Source: Lama guanicoe (Eukaryota). Taken from it: a stretch of DNA of 64,000 nt. The first letter of the stretch is position 1. The number at the start of each line of letters is the position of its first letter. Location of the stretch: assembly GCA_013239625.1 (NCBI GenBank), contig MU054049.1, positions 197,015 through 261,014 of the forward strand, written 5' to 3'. The position numbers and the translations under genes are program-made. This document shows, one piece after another, positions 1-11,449 of the stretch. The notes under the pieces were generated by a model, which ran no database searches, was not told the origin of the DNA, and saw only the letters and a program-made list of their open reading frames with translations.

Positions 1-689
1 CAACATTTGGCTAATTAATCATCTTGAAACACTCTGTGGGATTCTCTGTTTAATTGCTTGCTGTGTAGGACCACAAATGCAATCAACGGTTTGACTTCTC
101 CTCCATCTGCTTATTACATGATGCAGAACCCATGTTTGGGGGGATTCTTTTAGTGTACTTATAGTTCCCTATGTTTATTCTTTCTTATCTACAGAGAAGG
201 CGAGAAATATAATTCTACACTTGTAAACATCACAGGAAAAAACCCAAATACACTTCTCTACTTATTAAAAGCAATAATTTAAAAAAATCCCAATATTTGG
301 ATTCTTCCTTTGCATACATTTATGCTAACTTCCCTCTTTTGAGTATTGTTACAATTCATAGCCTTCCACAAAATCAACTTGTTTAAAGTAACCTTCACTA
401 TGATTTTTCTTTTTATGCTCAGCTTGGTTGATGGGAGTCTCTTCGAAGTGTCTCCTTTGTCCTAACAGCAATCTCACTGTCAATTTTTTTTAAAGCATTT
501 TCCCCCTTATTTGTCATCATTACCAACATCTTTCACACTCATGAACACTTTTCCTCCGCTAAGCTTTGGGAACAAGAGTCCTGATGCCTCTTGATGGAAA
601 TTAGTATTGAAAACCGAAATCTGAACCCAAGGGCAAACAGAAGCTGTGGCAGCCCCTACAGCCGCCTAACCTGTCTCTTTTCTCATCTT

Positions 690-1245
690 TTTCTCATACA
701 GTGCAATTTTCTCACCATGCAAGCAAAGCCAGTCCACTCTTCTGCCAAGACTCTTCGATGGCTTCCATCCTACAAAGTCAGAGCAACGTTTGCACAGTCA
801 TCTCCAAAGCTCTGTGTCATCAGAGCCTCATTACCTGTCTGACCTTCTCGTCCATCATTTTCCCTCTTGCTCACTCTCCTCCAGGACAACTGTTCCTTTG
901 TTGTTGGTCCTTGACAGCCCAGCACAAAACTTCTGCACTTGTAATTCCTCTAAATGGATCTACTGAGATGTTCTTCTCCCAGTGTCTCCCAGATGAATGT
1001 CCTATCGAAAGAGGCCCTCCCATCCTCCCTCCTCTCCTTCCTCCTGAGCCTGCTCTCTGTATCCTTATAAAACACATCACCATTTGTTTCTTGCTGCTGC
1101 CCTCCAGTAGCCACTGAGCCTCTAGATGATAAAGACATGTCTGCTTTGTTCCCTGTCCTGTCCCCAACCCTGAGGACAATTAATATGCAATGTATGGTAG
1201 GTCTTCCATAAATACCTATTGAATAAATAAACACATGGGTGAATA
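690..1245 (+). mobile_element. L2 LINE 3' fragment
   Basis: L2-type 'cactcttctgccaagactc..atggcttccat' segment and terminal 'tggtaggtcttccataaatacctattgaataaataaa'. Confidence 0.75.
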
Positions 1246-1309
1246 AAGCTGTGACACTCAACGATTTGCATTGGAGATGCGCTTTGACTATTCAACAACA
1301 TTCAGAGTA

Positions 1310-1430
1310 ATCATCTCACCATGTTTCGGGTCTCGTCACTCTTCTGCCAAGACTCAGTAGTGGCTTCCATTTCTACAAAGGAAGAGCAGCATTGGTACAG
1401 AGCCCGCCAAAGTCCTACAAGATCCGAATA
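1310..1430 (+). mobile_element. second L2 fragment, closely related to 705-830
   Basis: shares 'ctcaccatg', exact 'cactcttctgccaagactc' and 'tggcttccat..ctacaaag..agagca' with the upstream copy. Confidence 0.65.
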
Positions 1431-1503
1431 GTGAAAGCATGCCTCCAACATAAAAAACTAAATGCCATCCTTAAGCTCCCCCATGCATGCATTTCTTCTT
1501 CAG

Positions 1504-2330
1504 CAAAGCAGCAGCGTGTGGGGAAGCCTTTCCACGTCCTGTGGGATTTGCACAGTTCTCCTCTACTACAAGAAATATGGTACGGGCTGACTCCAGACCT
1601 CACATCTGGTACTCACAGCATCCTGTACCATGTCCTGCATCTCAGTTAAGACCATCTCCTTGTACTGGCTCTGCAAGCTCTGGTGCCTCAGCAGAGAAAT
1701 ACCCACATGGAGAACGACCCACAGGCAACGCTAGTCCTTCTGTTCCACTGCCTTGTCTCCTATAAAGGTCCAGGGAGCACAGTGTGACCAGAAGGTGCAA
1801 ACGAGAGTGAGATCAGCTTTGTTTCTTTTATTTTGTCCAATGGCTGATTGGAGGGGGCCGATATTCCAGCTTAGCATTAGGAAGACCCGTCCAACAAAGA
1901 CTCCTAGAGGAATAGGAGATTTTAGGTGGCAGTGAGTTCCCCATCTCAGCAAGTATTCAAGTACAAGCTGAAAGATAGATTAAGAAGGCTGCTGGAAGAC
2001 GGTGCACCAAGAGCAGGCCAGCCCATATGCTCTGTCAGCTTCCTGTCCTAGACCCCAGCTTTCTTAGGACTCTCTCCTTTTGCACTCTGTTGGTTGAGCT
2101 AAATGATGGCATTGTCCCTCAGAAAGTCACAGAAAAGCCAAAGACCTGCCCAATCACCATGGACACTCTCATAAATGAGAGATAACCTCATATCTTCCAC
2201 AGACTCATTTGTGGACAGCAATGGTACAGAATGGAGGGAAGTTGGAGAAAGATACCTCTTGATCACATTACATCAGCATCCCTGGATGCACTAGAGGTTA
2301 GTCTGCTCTCCAAACCAATAAAACAAGTTT
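1504..2330 (+). pseudogene. two contiguous decayed EWI-like V-set Ig domains
   Basis: phase-1 acceptor ttcttcttcag|CA at 1504; RVGKPFHVL(W for C)...HVLHLS*DHLLVL (cf. CD101 d2 ISLSKDFILV); VQGAQC; then ICSVS...PFALCW...RME/VGERYLL/HITSAS across frameshifts. Confidence 0.5.
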
Positions 2331-2879
2331 GAACTTTCTCGTTTCTGAAGAATGCTTCCCTCCCCACCGCTTATTCTAGAGGATTGATATTTAAAAGTTA
2401 TTTTTGTCATTTGTTGACATACATGCCTTCCAGATATTACCCAAAGGTCCCAGACCAGTTTTAACGGCATGGAAGACTCAAGTAAGTCATACAGCTTTGA
2501 GAAGGGACTAAAATTGGTGGTGAGTCCATCCTGTGTCTTGAATGGGGTTTTATTTGCTGAAGGCAGCAAAAGCAGTTTTAGCCTGTCCGCAGCTAGCTAC
2601 TGGCCAAAAATATTATTTACATTTAAAGAAAAATAATCAAATGCTTTTTTTTTCAGTGCTTACGCTATTTTTCCCTCTGTTTAGACTGAGGTCAGTGCAT
2701 CCTGGCATTCAGTTAACCATCTCCAACCTCCTGGTCTCATCTCTAATTAAAGAAGTAGGACCAATGGCATTTTTAATGTCCTTAAAATTGTTCAATAAAC
2801 AAACAGACATTTTAACACCCAGCATTCTATTTATTCTGAGATGTTCCCTGTTCCTCCTTTCATATTACACGCCTTTAAG

Positions 2880-3290
2880 GAAATTGCTACCCACTCCCCC
2901 AACTTTAAGTCTGACATTCATTCCAGTTGGATTGGATGAAGATCCTGAGTTGAAAAACAGTGTCTCTTTTGGCTTGTCCAAATTCCTACAGAAATGAACA
3001 ACGTGGAACCTGGGAGTTCTTGGCTGGAAGGAATTTGTTAATGGAGATTAGGACCTAATGTTCTTCTTTTCAGTTTTCAAACTGAGATCAAAAACTAGTC
3101 TGATTCTGAAAACTACTTTGTAGGAAATATGGAAGAAATAGCTTATTTGTCACAAGGTCTGGGATGTCAGGTTTTAAATAGGCACAATGATAAGTGCTTG
3201 CAAAGGAGGTTTGTTTTTGCATATTTCTGGAGCCAAGCATGAGTTCAACTTCATAAGCCTATTGGTGCTTGCCTTCCTCCTTGTGCTAAA
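2880..3290 (+). pseudogene. decayed EWI-like V-set domain (IGSF3 domain-6-like)
   Basis: EDPELK(N)SVS...SLILKTTL...KYG..QGLGCQVLNRH...GGLFLHISGA vs IGSF3 KLILKTTH..EYG..EGLRARLQFERHVSGGLFSL. Confidence 0.6.
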
Positions 3291-3403
3291 AACCTGATTT
3301 TGGAGATGGGGTTGGGGGTGGGGTGAGGGAGGAGTGGATTCTGCAGAGAGAAAAAGAAGAAAAATTCAGTTGTGTATATATTTCAATCTCTCTGCTACTC
3401 ATT

Positions 3404-4036
3404 TTGTGGCCGACTGTATTTTCCAGAGATATACACAATAATGTCATCTGTAGTGTGACTTTGCCACCCTCACATGGTCAGCATCCATATCTCCTCCTCT
3501 TGAAAATGATGGGGACTGGGATTTCAAAATTGTAGAATAGATAAACAAGATTATACTGTATAGCACAGGGAAATATATACAAGATCTTATGGTAGCTCAG
3601 AGCGAAAAAAATGTGACAATGAATATATATATGTTGATGTATAACTGAAAAATTGTGCTCTACACTGGAATTTGACACAACATTGTAAAATGATTATAAA
3701 TCAATAAAAAATGTTAAAAAAAAGATGGGCTTTTGGAAAACACAGAAAGGAGAAAAAAGGCAATGTAGCTTCTTCCTTATCCACTGGGATGCTGGTGCTG
3801 GAGGCCTGAGCCGCCGTGTAAGAAGTCTGACTATCCTGAGGCCGCCATCTTATGAGGAAGCCCAGGCGACATGGAGAGACCACAGTTAAGAGCTCAGTGA
3901 AGAGGTCATTGGGTAATTCCCGCCTCCCACCATCAAGTCATCCCCACCTGACCTCAGCTTCCCGGTGGAGAACACAGACCTCTTGGAGACAAGGCAAACC
4001 ATCCTACTGCCTTGTGACTGAATTCCAGACCCACAG
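3404..4036 (+). mobile_element. MaLR LTR (MLT1G/H-like), split by an L1 tail
   Basis: starts tgtggccgactgtattttccagagat; internal 'gtaagaagtctgactatcctgaggccgccatc..gaggaagccc'; 'gaattccagacccacag'. Confidence 0.75.
3510..3723 (+). mobile_element. young lineage-specific L1 3' end
   Basis: 'ctgtatagcacagggaaatatatacaagatcttatggtagctc...aataaaaaatgttaaaaaaaa'; near-identical to reverse copies at 6.9 and 45.8 kb. Confidence 0.9.
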
Positions 4037-4059
4037 CTCTAGGTGAAACGCACAGCCTG

Positions 4060-4920
4060 CTCATAGGTACTAAAGCACAGAAGACTCGGGATGGGGAGGG
4101 ACTTGACACTTGCCTTGGCTTAAGCTGGCGCACGTGAGGAGAGGCGAGTGCAGCAGGAGGAGACAGCACTGGACATCATTGAATCACAAGAGGCTAGGGT
4201 ACCAGGCTGAGGAGGTGAGACTTGGCAGTGGGGCATCGCAGAGGATGAAGGGGAGCAAGAAGAATGGGAGCTCGTGATCTGGGGAATGGAGCCCATGCCC
4301 CAGGCCATTTGCTGCCTTTTTATGGCCATGACATGCTGGGATCCTCTTCAAAAGAATCCTGCAGCTTGGACTTTTCTCACCAGGCCTCAGGGTCCTACCC
4401 CTGCTTTGGGCTCTGACATGTTTGGAGCCCGCCCAGATGAAGATTGTGACTTGTCAGTCTCCCTGCTAAAGTGGACCCCTAAGTCCTTGCAGTGGCTCCA
4501 GCTCCTTATACCAGGGGCTGGCCCGAGCACCAACCGGCTAAGTCACAAGGTTAAGCCCAAGTGGTAGCCAGTGGAACAGGGAGTCTTGGGTGAAGGCCTG
4601 AAGCCCCTCCTCAGGAGCAGAGGTTTCGCAGGGAGCTGGCCCTCTCCCGCAATGATGGGTGCTCCCTTCCGGGCAGTGACAGCACATGGCAGCTGTTGGG
4701 CAGGGCTCTGAGAACAGCAGAGGCAGGCCACAGGCGGGGACTGGAGGTGATGGAGGATGAGGAAGATTGGGAGGTGTGCCTGCTTTCTTCCCTTTGGGGG
4801 CCAGTAGCTCTAGGGTGATCTGGCACCTGTCCAGTCTGGTCCGAGCCTACCACACTGGTCTCTACTGAGAGGCTGGGGACCCAGAGCTAAGTGGTGACTA
4901 TCTGGCCAAGTAGCCACCAC
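4060..4920 (+). pseudogene. two contiguous decayed EWI-like V-set domains
   Basis: LAVG...GAHAPGHLL (cf. IGSF8 GAPGPGRLV); FGARPDED..KWTP..WLQL..STNRLSHKVKP; then VLGEGLKPL...LWGPVAL/RVIWHLSSL..HTGLY*EA. Confidence 0.45.
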
Positions 4921-4964
4921 AGGATCCTTCCTGCAGCATCTTCCCACAGCAAAGCTCTCTGGGA

Positions 4965-5185
4965 GCAGTGCCAAGGTGATCAAGAGCATGAATTATGAAG
5001 CCAGGCTGTCCAGGTTGGAGTTCCAGCTCTACTACTAACCACCTGTGTGACCTTGAGCAAGTTGCTTAACCTCTCTGTGCTTCTGTTTCCTCAACAATAA
5101 AGGGAGGACATAATAGCACCCACATCCCAGATTGTAGAGTGCCAGACCCATAGAAAACCCTATGTAGACCCTGGCTATTTTAATT
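4965..5185 (+). mobile_element. MIR SINE
   Basis: core 'tgtgtgaccttgagcaagttgcttaacctctctgtgcttctgtttcctca'. Confidence 0.9.
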
Positions 5186-5598
5186 ATAATTCTGTCCTTG
5201 GCATCTCCCCGAGGAGCTGACAGGGAGAGTTTTGTATTACTATTCTGTTGATGACTGAGCCAAGAGGTCATGTGCTCTGCCACCTTGGGAGCAAAGCCAG
5301 GTCATTGTGGCCGCAGGAGAGCTCATTTGGCTTTTCAGAGGTGGACTGGGCAGGCTGGCTGGGTGGAGGGGCCTGGAGCCTGGGGCTCACAGCTGGCTTT
5401 GCCGCCTTACACACAGCAGTGACCTTGTGTTCAGGGCAGGTTTGGGGCTCTAGGTCTAGGGAGTGGGTCAGTGTTTGGGGAAAGCAGACTTCACTCTCTC
5501 CTCTCTGAGCTGGCTGCCCTAAGCAGGGTTGGGGGAGGTGGGGCTGCTTCGAGCCAGAAGATAAACATATTAACTGAACTTTCCATCTGTCATTTCAG

Positions 5599-6345
5599 AA
5601 AGTCATTTACGGCCTAGCTGTGGTTGGAAAAATTAAGTCCTTGTAATTTAGAGTCAACATCTCTCGGGGACTCATGGTAGAAGGGCTGGCGGGGTTTTGC
5701 AGCCTCTCAGCAGAGCCGCCAACAATCAAAACAAGTTTGCAGTGGTGCAGTGTCCGCTACCCTACCCGTGGCCCGGCTGATGGTCCTGCACGAGGCACCG
5801 GCTGCTGCGGGCCGCAGGGCGGGCCTGGGCACCCTGGGCCGTGGACCACAGAGGGTGGCGGAGCTCCAGCCCTCTCGGGCCTTCACCTTCTCTGCCTAAG
5901 GCAAATGAATCTTCCTCTGTGTATTGGTGAGCTCAGGCTACTGTAGCAAAATACCGCGGACAGAGGGGTTTAAACAACAGACATTCATTGTCTCGCAGTT
6001 CCAGAGGCTAGAAGTCCAAGATCAAGGTGTCTGCAGGGTTGGTGTCTTCTGAGGCCTCCCTCCTTGGCTTGCAGACAGCTGTCTTCGCCCTGCGTCTTCA
6101 TGTGGTCTTCCCTCTGTGTGTGTCTGTGTCCTAATCTCCTCTGCTTGTAAGGACACCAGGCATATCGGATTAGGGCTTAACCTAACGATGATCTCATTCT
6201 AATTTAATTACCTCTTTAAAGGCCCTATCTCCAAATATAGGCACTTTCTGAAGTACTGGGGGTTAGGGGAACCCCATGTCAAACATAAGACCCTGTGAAC
6301 TGTCTTTTACAGATGGATTCATTCTCACTCTACCCAGGAGAAACC
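5599..6345 (+). pseudogene. decayed EWI-like V-set domain interrupted by an MLT1 LTR
   Basis: acceptor catttcag|AA; ESHLRPS..KN*VL (cf. IGSF3 DSRLRLS..NLSVL); FCS/LSRAANNQNKFAVV; AELQPSRAFTF; after the LTR, NCLLQ-WIHS at the EWI motif position. Confidence 0.55.
5919..6290 (-). mobile_element. MaLR LTR (MLT1A/B-type)
   Basis: 'ggctagaagtccaagatcaaggtgtctgcagggttgg..tctgaggcctc','gtaaggacaccag..ggattagggc','ggccctatctccaaata'. Confidence 0.9.
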
Positions 6346-6760
6346 GGGTTTGTTGGGTTTATTTTGCGGAGAAGGAAACTGAGGCTCCAGAAAGGCAGGC
6401 GGCTGCCTCCAGCCCCCACAGCCGGCAAAGGCAGACGGCGGACCCAGCGGTGGGACTTCAGGTCCTCCAGTACTGCACCCAGCACAGCTAGGCTCTCCCC
6501 AAAGCCCCAGGCCAGCACATGCCAGGCACCGCACAGGCTCCTCCAACCCACCCTTAACCGGAAAAAAAAAAAAAAAAAGCACAATCTAAAAATGGAGAAT
6601 TATTTTTTATTCGGTGGACTTTCTGAGGACTTAAGCCCAGAAGACAATTTCTCAGATAGCTCTGAGGAACTCCTCCGAAGAGGAAAGGGAGGAGTCAGGT
6701 TATATAGGAGTTTTTGCAACAAAATCAAGCAGTTGGAACATCAAAAGATTACTGTTAAAT

Positions 6761-6850
6761 GGGGGGAAGGTGTAGCTCAGTGGTAGAGCATGTGCTTAGC
6801 ATGCACGAGGTCTGGGTTCATTCCCCAGTATCTCTATTAAGGAAAAAAAA
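6761..6850 (+). mobile_element. tRNA-derived camelid-type SINE (Vic-1-like)
   Basis: gggggaaggtgtagctcagtggtagagcatgtgcttagcatgcacgaggtctgggttca..; A/B boxes, A tail. Confidence 0.85.
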
Positions 6851-6896
6851 TCCCATTTTCTTTTGCAATTAAAGATATTCTGCTAAGAAAGATTAT

Positions 6897-7396
6897 TATT
6901 TTTTTAACTTTTTTTATTGATTTATAATCATTTTACAATGTTGTTTCAAATTCCAGTGTAAAGCACAATTTTTCAATTATACATGAACATATATATATTC
7001 ATTGTCACATTTTTTCTTTGTGAGCTACCATAAGATCTTGTATATATTTCCCTGTGCTATACAGTATAATCTTGTTTATCTATTCTACAATTTTGAAATC
7101 CTGTCTATCCCTTTCCACCCTGCACACCCTTGGCAACCACAAGTTTGTATTCTATGTCTATAGGTCTATTTCTGTTTTGTATTTATGCTTTTATGCTTTT
7201 TTTTTTTTGGATTCCACTTATGAGCTATCTCATATGGTATTTTTCTTTCTCTTTCTGGCTTACTTCACTTAGAATGACATTCCCTAGGAGCATCCATGTT
7301 GCTGCAAATGGCGTTATGTTGTCAGTTTTTATGGCTGAGTAGTATTCCATTGTATAAATATACCACATCTTCTTTATCCAGTCATCTGTTGATGGA
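6897..7396 (-). mobile_element. young L1 3' end (about 500 bp)
   Basis: poly-T start, highly similar to 45813-46320; flanked by aagattatt repeats. Confidence 0.9.
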
Positions 7397-8139
7397 AGAT
7401 TATTTTTAATTACAGAAAACCAGACATTCCCAAGTTAACGAATTTAGTGCTTTTCAGTGTATGGGAAGATACAAGAATCTGGGCTCATTGAAATCATTCG
7501 TTTGATGTGAACCTTAGCTTTCTAGCTCCAGCATCCTGCTTTTCTCCATCCTGAACCCCCTCAGGGTGCACACACAGTTGGGGGTGGCTGCAGTGGCTGA
7601 TGGCTTGGTTGGTGGCCCCAACATCCTTTGTTCACTGATATGGCAGGCAACATTCTTCATCCACATCTCCACATGCTGCCATGCAGAATCACAGTGGGGT
7701 TGGCTTCAACTGAAGGCAAAATTTTCGGCAGAGAGTGAAATGAGGGCTCTGAGCAGCAAGAGGGGAGGGTTAAGCCAAGGCCCTTGCTTGGGTGGGAGTG
7801 TTGTCTTTAGTGATGGAATCTTCCAATGCACAGTCTTCTCTTACTAGACTCCCAGATTTATCCAATCAAGGGGTCCTCCCTGGAGATTTTCCTGCTCAAC
7901 CTGCTTTCCCTAAGTAAAACTTTGAGGCCTACTAAGAACTGGATGCTAGATCATTTAGTTTAAAAAAAGATGTCAAAATGACAGAAATCTGCCCCCAAAT
8001 TAGAGAGGCTCAGCCCTGGACCTCAGGAAACAAAGCAGACATTTTAGGACCAGCCCAATTGCCTCATTCTGAAATGGGGAAACTGGGCCTCTGAGTACAG
8101 CCCCCAGTTATTGGGCCTGGCCTGTGGCTCAGGCTCTGG

Positions 8140-8350
8140 GTTTGACATAACTACATGGCCTTCTGGGGCCATCTTTGACCTCCCTGACTCAGTCTGGCAA
8201 AGTCCGAGGGTGGTGGTGGGTGGAGGGGAGAGAGCATCCTTTCGGGCTCACCTGGACTCTGCCTTACCTTCCCCTGAGCAAAGCTGAGTGGCCACTGGTG
8301 TAGCTCTGTAGCGGGATGCACAGGAGCAAAGGATGTGAGGAGTGCACTGA
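8140..8350 (+). pseudogene. possible C-terminal half of an EWI-like domain
   Basis: GAIFDLPDSVWQSPR and LTFP*AKLS-TGV-LCS across frameshifts; flanked by MIRs. Confidence 0.3.
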
Positions 8351-8379
8351 CATAAGGCACCTGCTCTAAGGGACCTCAC

Positions 8380-8510
8380 TCCAACCTGCATCTGCCCGCA
8401 TCAGCAGAGGTGGAAACTGAGGCTTAGGGAGGTTCAGTGATTGGCCCAGACCAATAGCCAGCAAGAAGGCAGGACTAGAACCCAAGGGCCCTGGCTCCAA
8501 CCCCACTATA
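8380..8510 (-). mobile_element. MIR SINE
   Basis: 'gaggtggaaactgaggcttagggaggttcagtgattggccc..ggactagaaccca'. Confidence 0.85.
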
Positions 8511-9105
8511 GTCCCAGAAACCCCAAATTGCCTTCCAGCTCCCCACATGAGTTCCCAGATGCCAGGGGAGTAAGTAGCGGGACAGCTCTGAGTGATGCCC
8601 CTTAAAGCCTCTGGACAGAAGCCTGGGAGTCTGTTGCCAAGGAGGGGGGTGTTCTCTGACACCCCCAAGTCATCAACTCTCAGCCAAGGCCCTGCACACA
8701 TCTGCTATCATTTCCCCATCCCCCACTGCCTTGAGCTTCCCCTGACCGGCAAGAAGAAAATATTAGCATGGCTGCCCCAGGGGTCTGGAGCCTGAAGGCA
8801 TTCTGTGTGTGGCATTGCCTTGCTATTACAGTCCTGCCTGCCCTAGGGCTATCCTCCCTGAATTTCCTTAAGAAACAGCGTGGAGAAGGAAGAGAATTGG
8901 AAATATGTCAGCTGGTGGCTCCCATTCCGGGGCTCAGGGATGTAGAAGTCCCCTCTCTGACCAAGGGCCCGGCATGCAAGAACAAAGAACTCTGGCGAGC
9001 AAAACGTGGCTCTCTGCGGTGTCCAGGATATCTTTGTGCACCCAGCTTGGAGGCTCTCGCCAGCTGTGCACTGAATCTGATGACCATGGAAGAGAAGACC
9101 CCGGC

Positions 9106-11228
9106 TGTGGGCAGAATTTGAAGATGACCTCAAGCCTACTGTCTGTTTAAATTCTGCGTGGCCAGAACCTGTGAATACAATGCCATGTGGCTCCTCACTA
9201 TATGCGATTAGGTTACATGACATGGCAAGAGGGATTGTGCAGATACGATTAAGGTTCCTAATAGGTTGACTTTGATTTAATAAAAACGGATCCCCTTCCA
9301 TTCAAGTGCAACCCAACACTTTCTCTTCCTCCATCATTTAAATTCATCCCAGGTGTGTGATTGTTAATGTCATGTGTCAGCTGGATTGGGTCACGATGCA
9401 GATGTGTGGTCAGACATAATTCTAGGTGTTTGTGTGAGGGTGTTTTGGGATGAGATTAGCCTTTAAATTGGTGGACCCTGAATAAAGCAGATTGCCCTCC
9501 ATAATGTGCTGGGTCTCATCCAGTCAGAGCAAGGGATGGGCTTCCCTCAAATGAGAAGACAGCAGACAGCTTTTGGACTTGAACTACAATACTCGATTTT
9601 CTTAGATCTCTAGCCTGCCAACCTTTAGACTTCAACTGTAGCATCCGCTCTCCCTGGGTCTCTAGTCTGCTAGCCAATGCTGCATATTTTAGACTTGCCA
9701 GCCTCAGTGATGTCAGCCATACGGAAGAACAGGAGGTCCTCGGCCCTAGTCCCACCCAGTAGAAACACCAGGGACGAGAATTCCTTTGTGAGAATTAAAA
9801 AACCCAGAGAAAAAGTTATGGCACACCAGTGGAGCAAAAATAAGTCAGAAAAACCCACATTAAAAAGGGTAAAAGAACACTTTATCCAAATCACCTATTC
9901 CTCAAGCCACCAGATCACAGTATCAAGAAGGAGCCCCTGGGCCCATGATGTCTCCTAGGAGGAAAGAGAGACCGAGGAGAATGTCCAACTTTCTCAGTAT
10001 CTGGCACTGCTTTAGTGACCCACTTCTGTCTCAACTCACGAAGAACACCGGGGAATTGTCATGGCTAGACTCCAGGGGGCGTCTAGGAACAAAGAATCAG
10101 GACTTTCAGCTGCTGACAAGCATGAATCTTGGCAACAGCTCCTTGACCTCTGCCAGTGGCTTTGCCAGCTCTGCCTAACTGTGACTCTGCCAGGTATCTG
10201 CTGGCTTCACCCAATCATGGAGCCTCCTCTGGCTCTGCAGATGCCACCAAACCCAGTGACCCTGTCCAACAATGGAGGCTGTCAGGAGCCTCTATCCCAC
10301 CAGGGAGCTCTGCCAGAAGCCTTGTAACTAAGAGGCACCCCACCCAACCACAGGGCCCTATCAGGAGCCTTGCCATTAGCTTCACCTGACTAAGGAGCCC
10401 TGCCTACCAGCCTCACACAGAAGCACCATCAGTAATGTTGCCCGACCTTGGAGCCCCATCAGTATGCCTGCAGAGCTATGCCTACTGGTCCTGCTCAAGA
10501 GGCAAAGCCCATCCGTAGCCTTACTCCACTGTGGATCCCTGCCAGTGCCATGTCTGACTGTGGAGGCTCACAGGCCAGCCCTGTCTGAGTGCAGGGCTCC
10601 GGCAACAGATCCCGCCCAACTGTGGAGCCCGTCTGATCATGGACCTTGGCAACAGGTCCCTCACAACCTTGGAATTCCAGCAGCAGGCCTCTTTAGCCCA
10701 CCCACTTCCCCCAATAATATGTTCTACCCCACAATGGATATTGCCAACTGGCTCACCCAGAATCCTAAGCCAGGCAGCTGGTGAATATCTTCCCTTGCCA
10801 AAGCCAGCCTGGAAAGAACAAAAGAGGTGACAATGTCTTCAAATATGTAGACACCAATGCAAGGCTACAAGGATCATGAAGAATCGGAGAAACATGACAC
10901 CACCAAAGGAAACTAAGCTCCAGCAACTGACCCTAGGGAAATGGAGATCTATAAACTACTTGACATCAAAATAGTCATTTTTAAAAAGCTCAGTGAACCA
11001 CAAAAGAGCAAGAGAACATAAGATAGACAACTAAACAAAATCCAGGAAAACTATACGTGAACCAAAGAGAAGTTCAAAAAAAGAAGCAGAAGCCATAAAA
11101 AAAGACCAAGCAGAAATCTTGGAGCTGAAGAATATGATGATTGAACTGAAAAAGTCAAAACAGAGTTTCACTTTCAGTTACTTCTAAGCTTGTAATAATT
11201 TGTTACACAGCAATCAAAAATGAATGTA
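9106..11228 (+). mobile_element. nested block: MLT1E-like LTR (9106-9295 and 11173-11228), MLT2 LTR (9356-9725), old L1 5'UTR/ORF1 start (9725-11165)
   Basis: MLT1 start tgtgggcagaatttgaagatg and end tttgttacacagcaat; MLT2 start tgtgattgttaatgtcatgtgtcagct; L1 ORF1-like 'aacatgacaccaccaaaggaa','aaagctcagtgaa','gaaatcttggagctgaagaa'. Confidence 0.75.
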
Positions 11229-11449
11229 TCCTCTCCCAGCCACCCCCTGTTGATAAATCTCAGGAAATGTGAAGCAAAGGTTGAGTTAAGTCTGGCCCTT
11301 CTATGGACAGAGACATACCTCAGTTCAAGCATGTTTGAGAGAAAAAAAATTAACCACTACACCTACAACATAAAGTCGAAACTGGTTATGGGACAGAGAT
11401 GGGCAGCAATGAGAAAGGGAGAAAGAGAAAGAGGGAGAGAGAGAGACAG

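Larger units (their letters stand above)
6554..7665 (-). mobile_element. ERV1 solo LTR, MER41-like, split by SINE and L1
   Basis: 'ttattcggtggactttctgaggacttaagccc','tctcagatagctctgagg','gggctcattgaaatcattc', ends 'ggcaacattcttcatccaca'. Confidence 0.75.

Noticed and set aside
1504..3208. V-C1-C2 (SIRP, B7 or antigen-receptor-like) exon set
   Set aside because: C1-like fragments needed many frameshifts; EWI-specific motifs (LS*DHLLV, LILKTT, GGLF) fit better
6630..6665. STAT1 GAS site in the MER41-like LTR
   Set aside because: Only ttctcagat (mismatch to TTCnnnGAA) is present
6761..6850. tRNA gene (also 33306-33393)
   Set aside because: A tail, TSD and degenerate stems mark these as tRNA-derived SINEs
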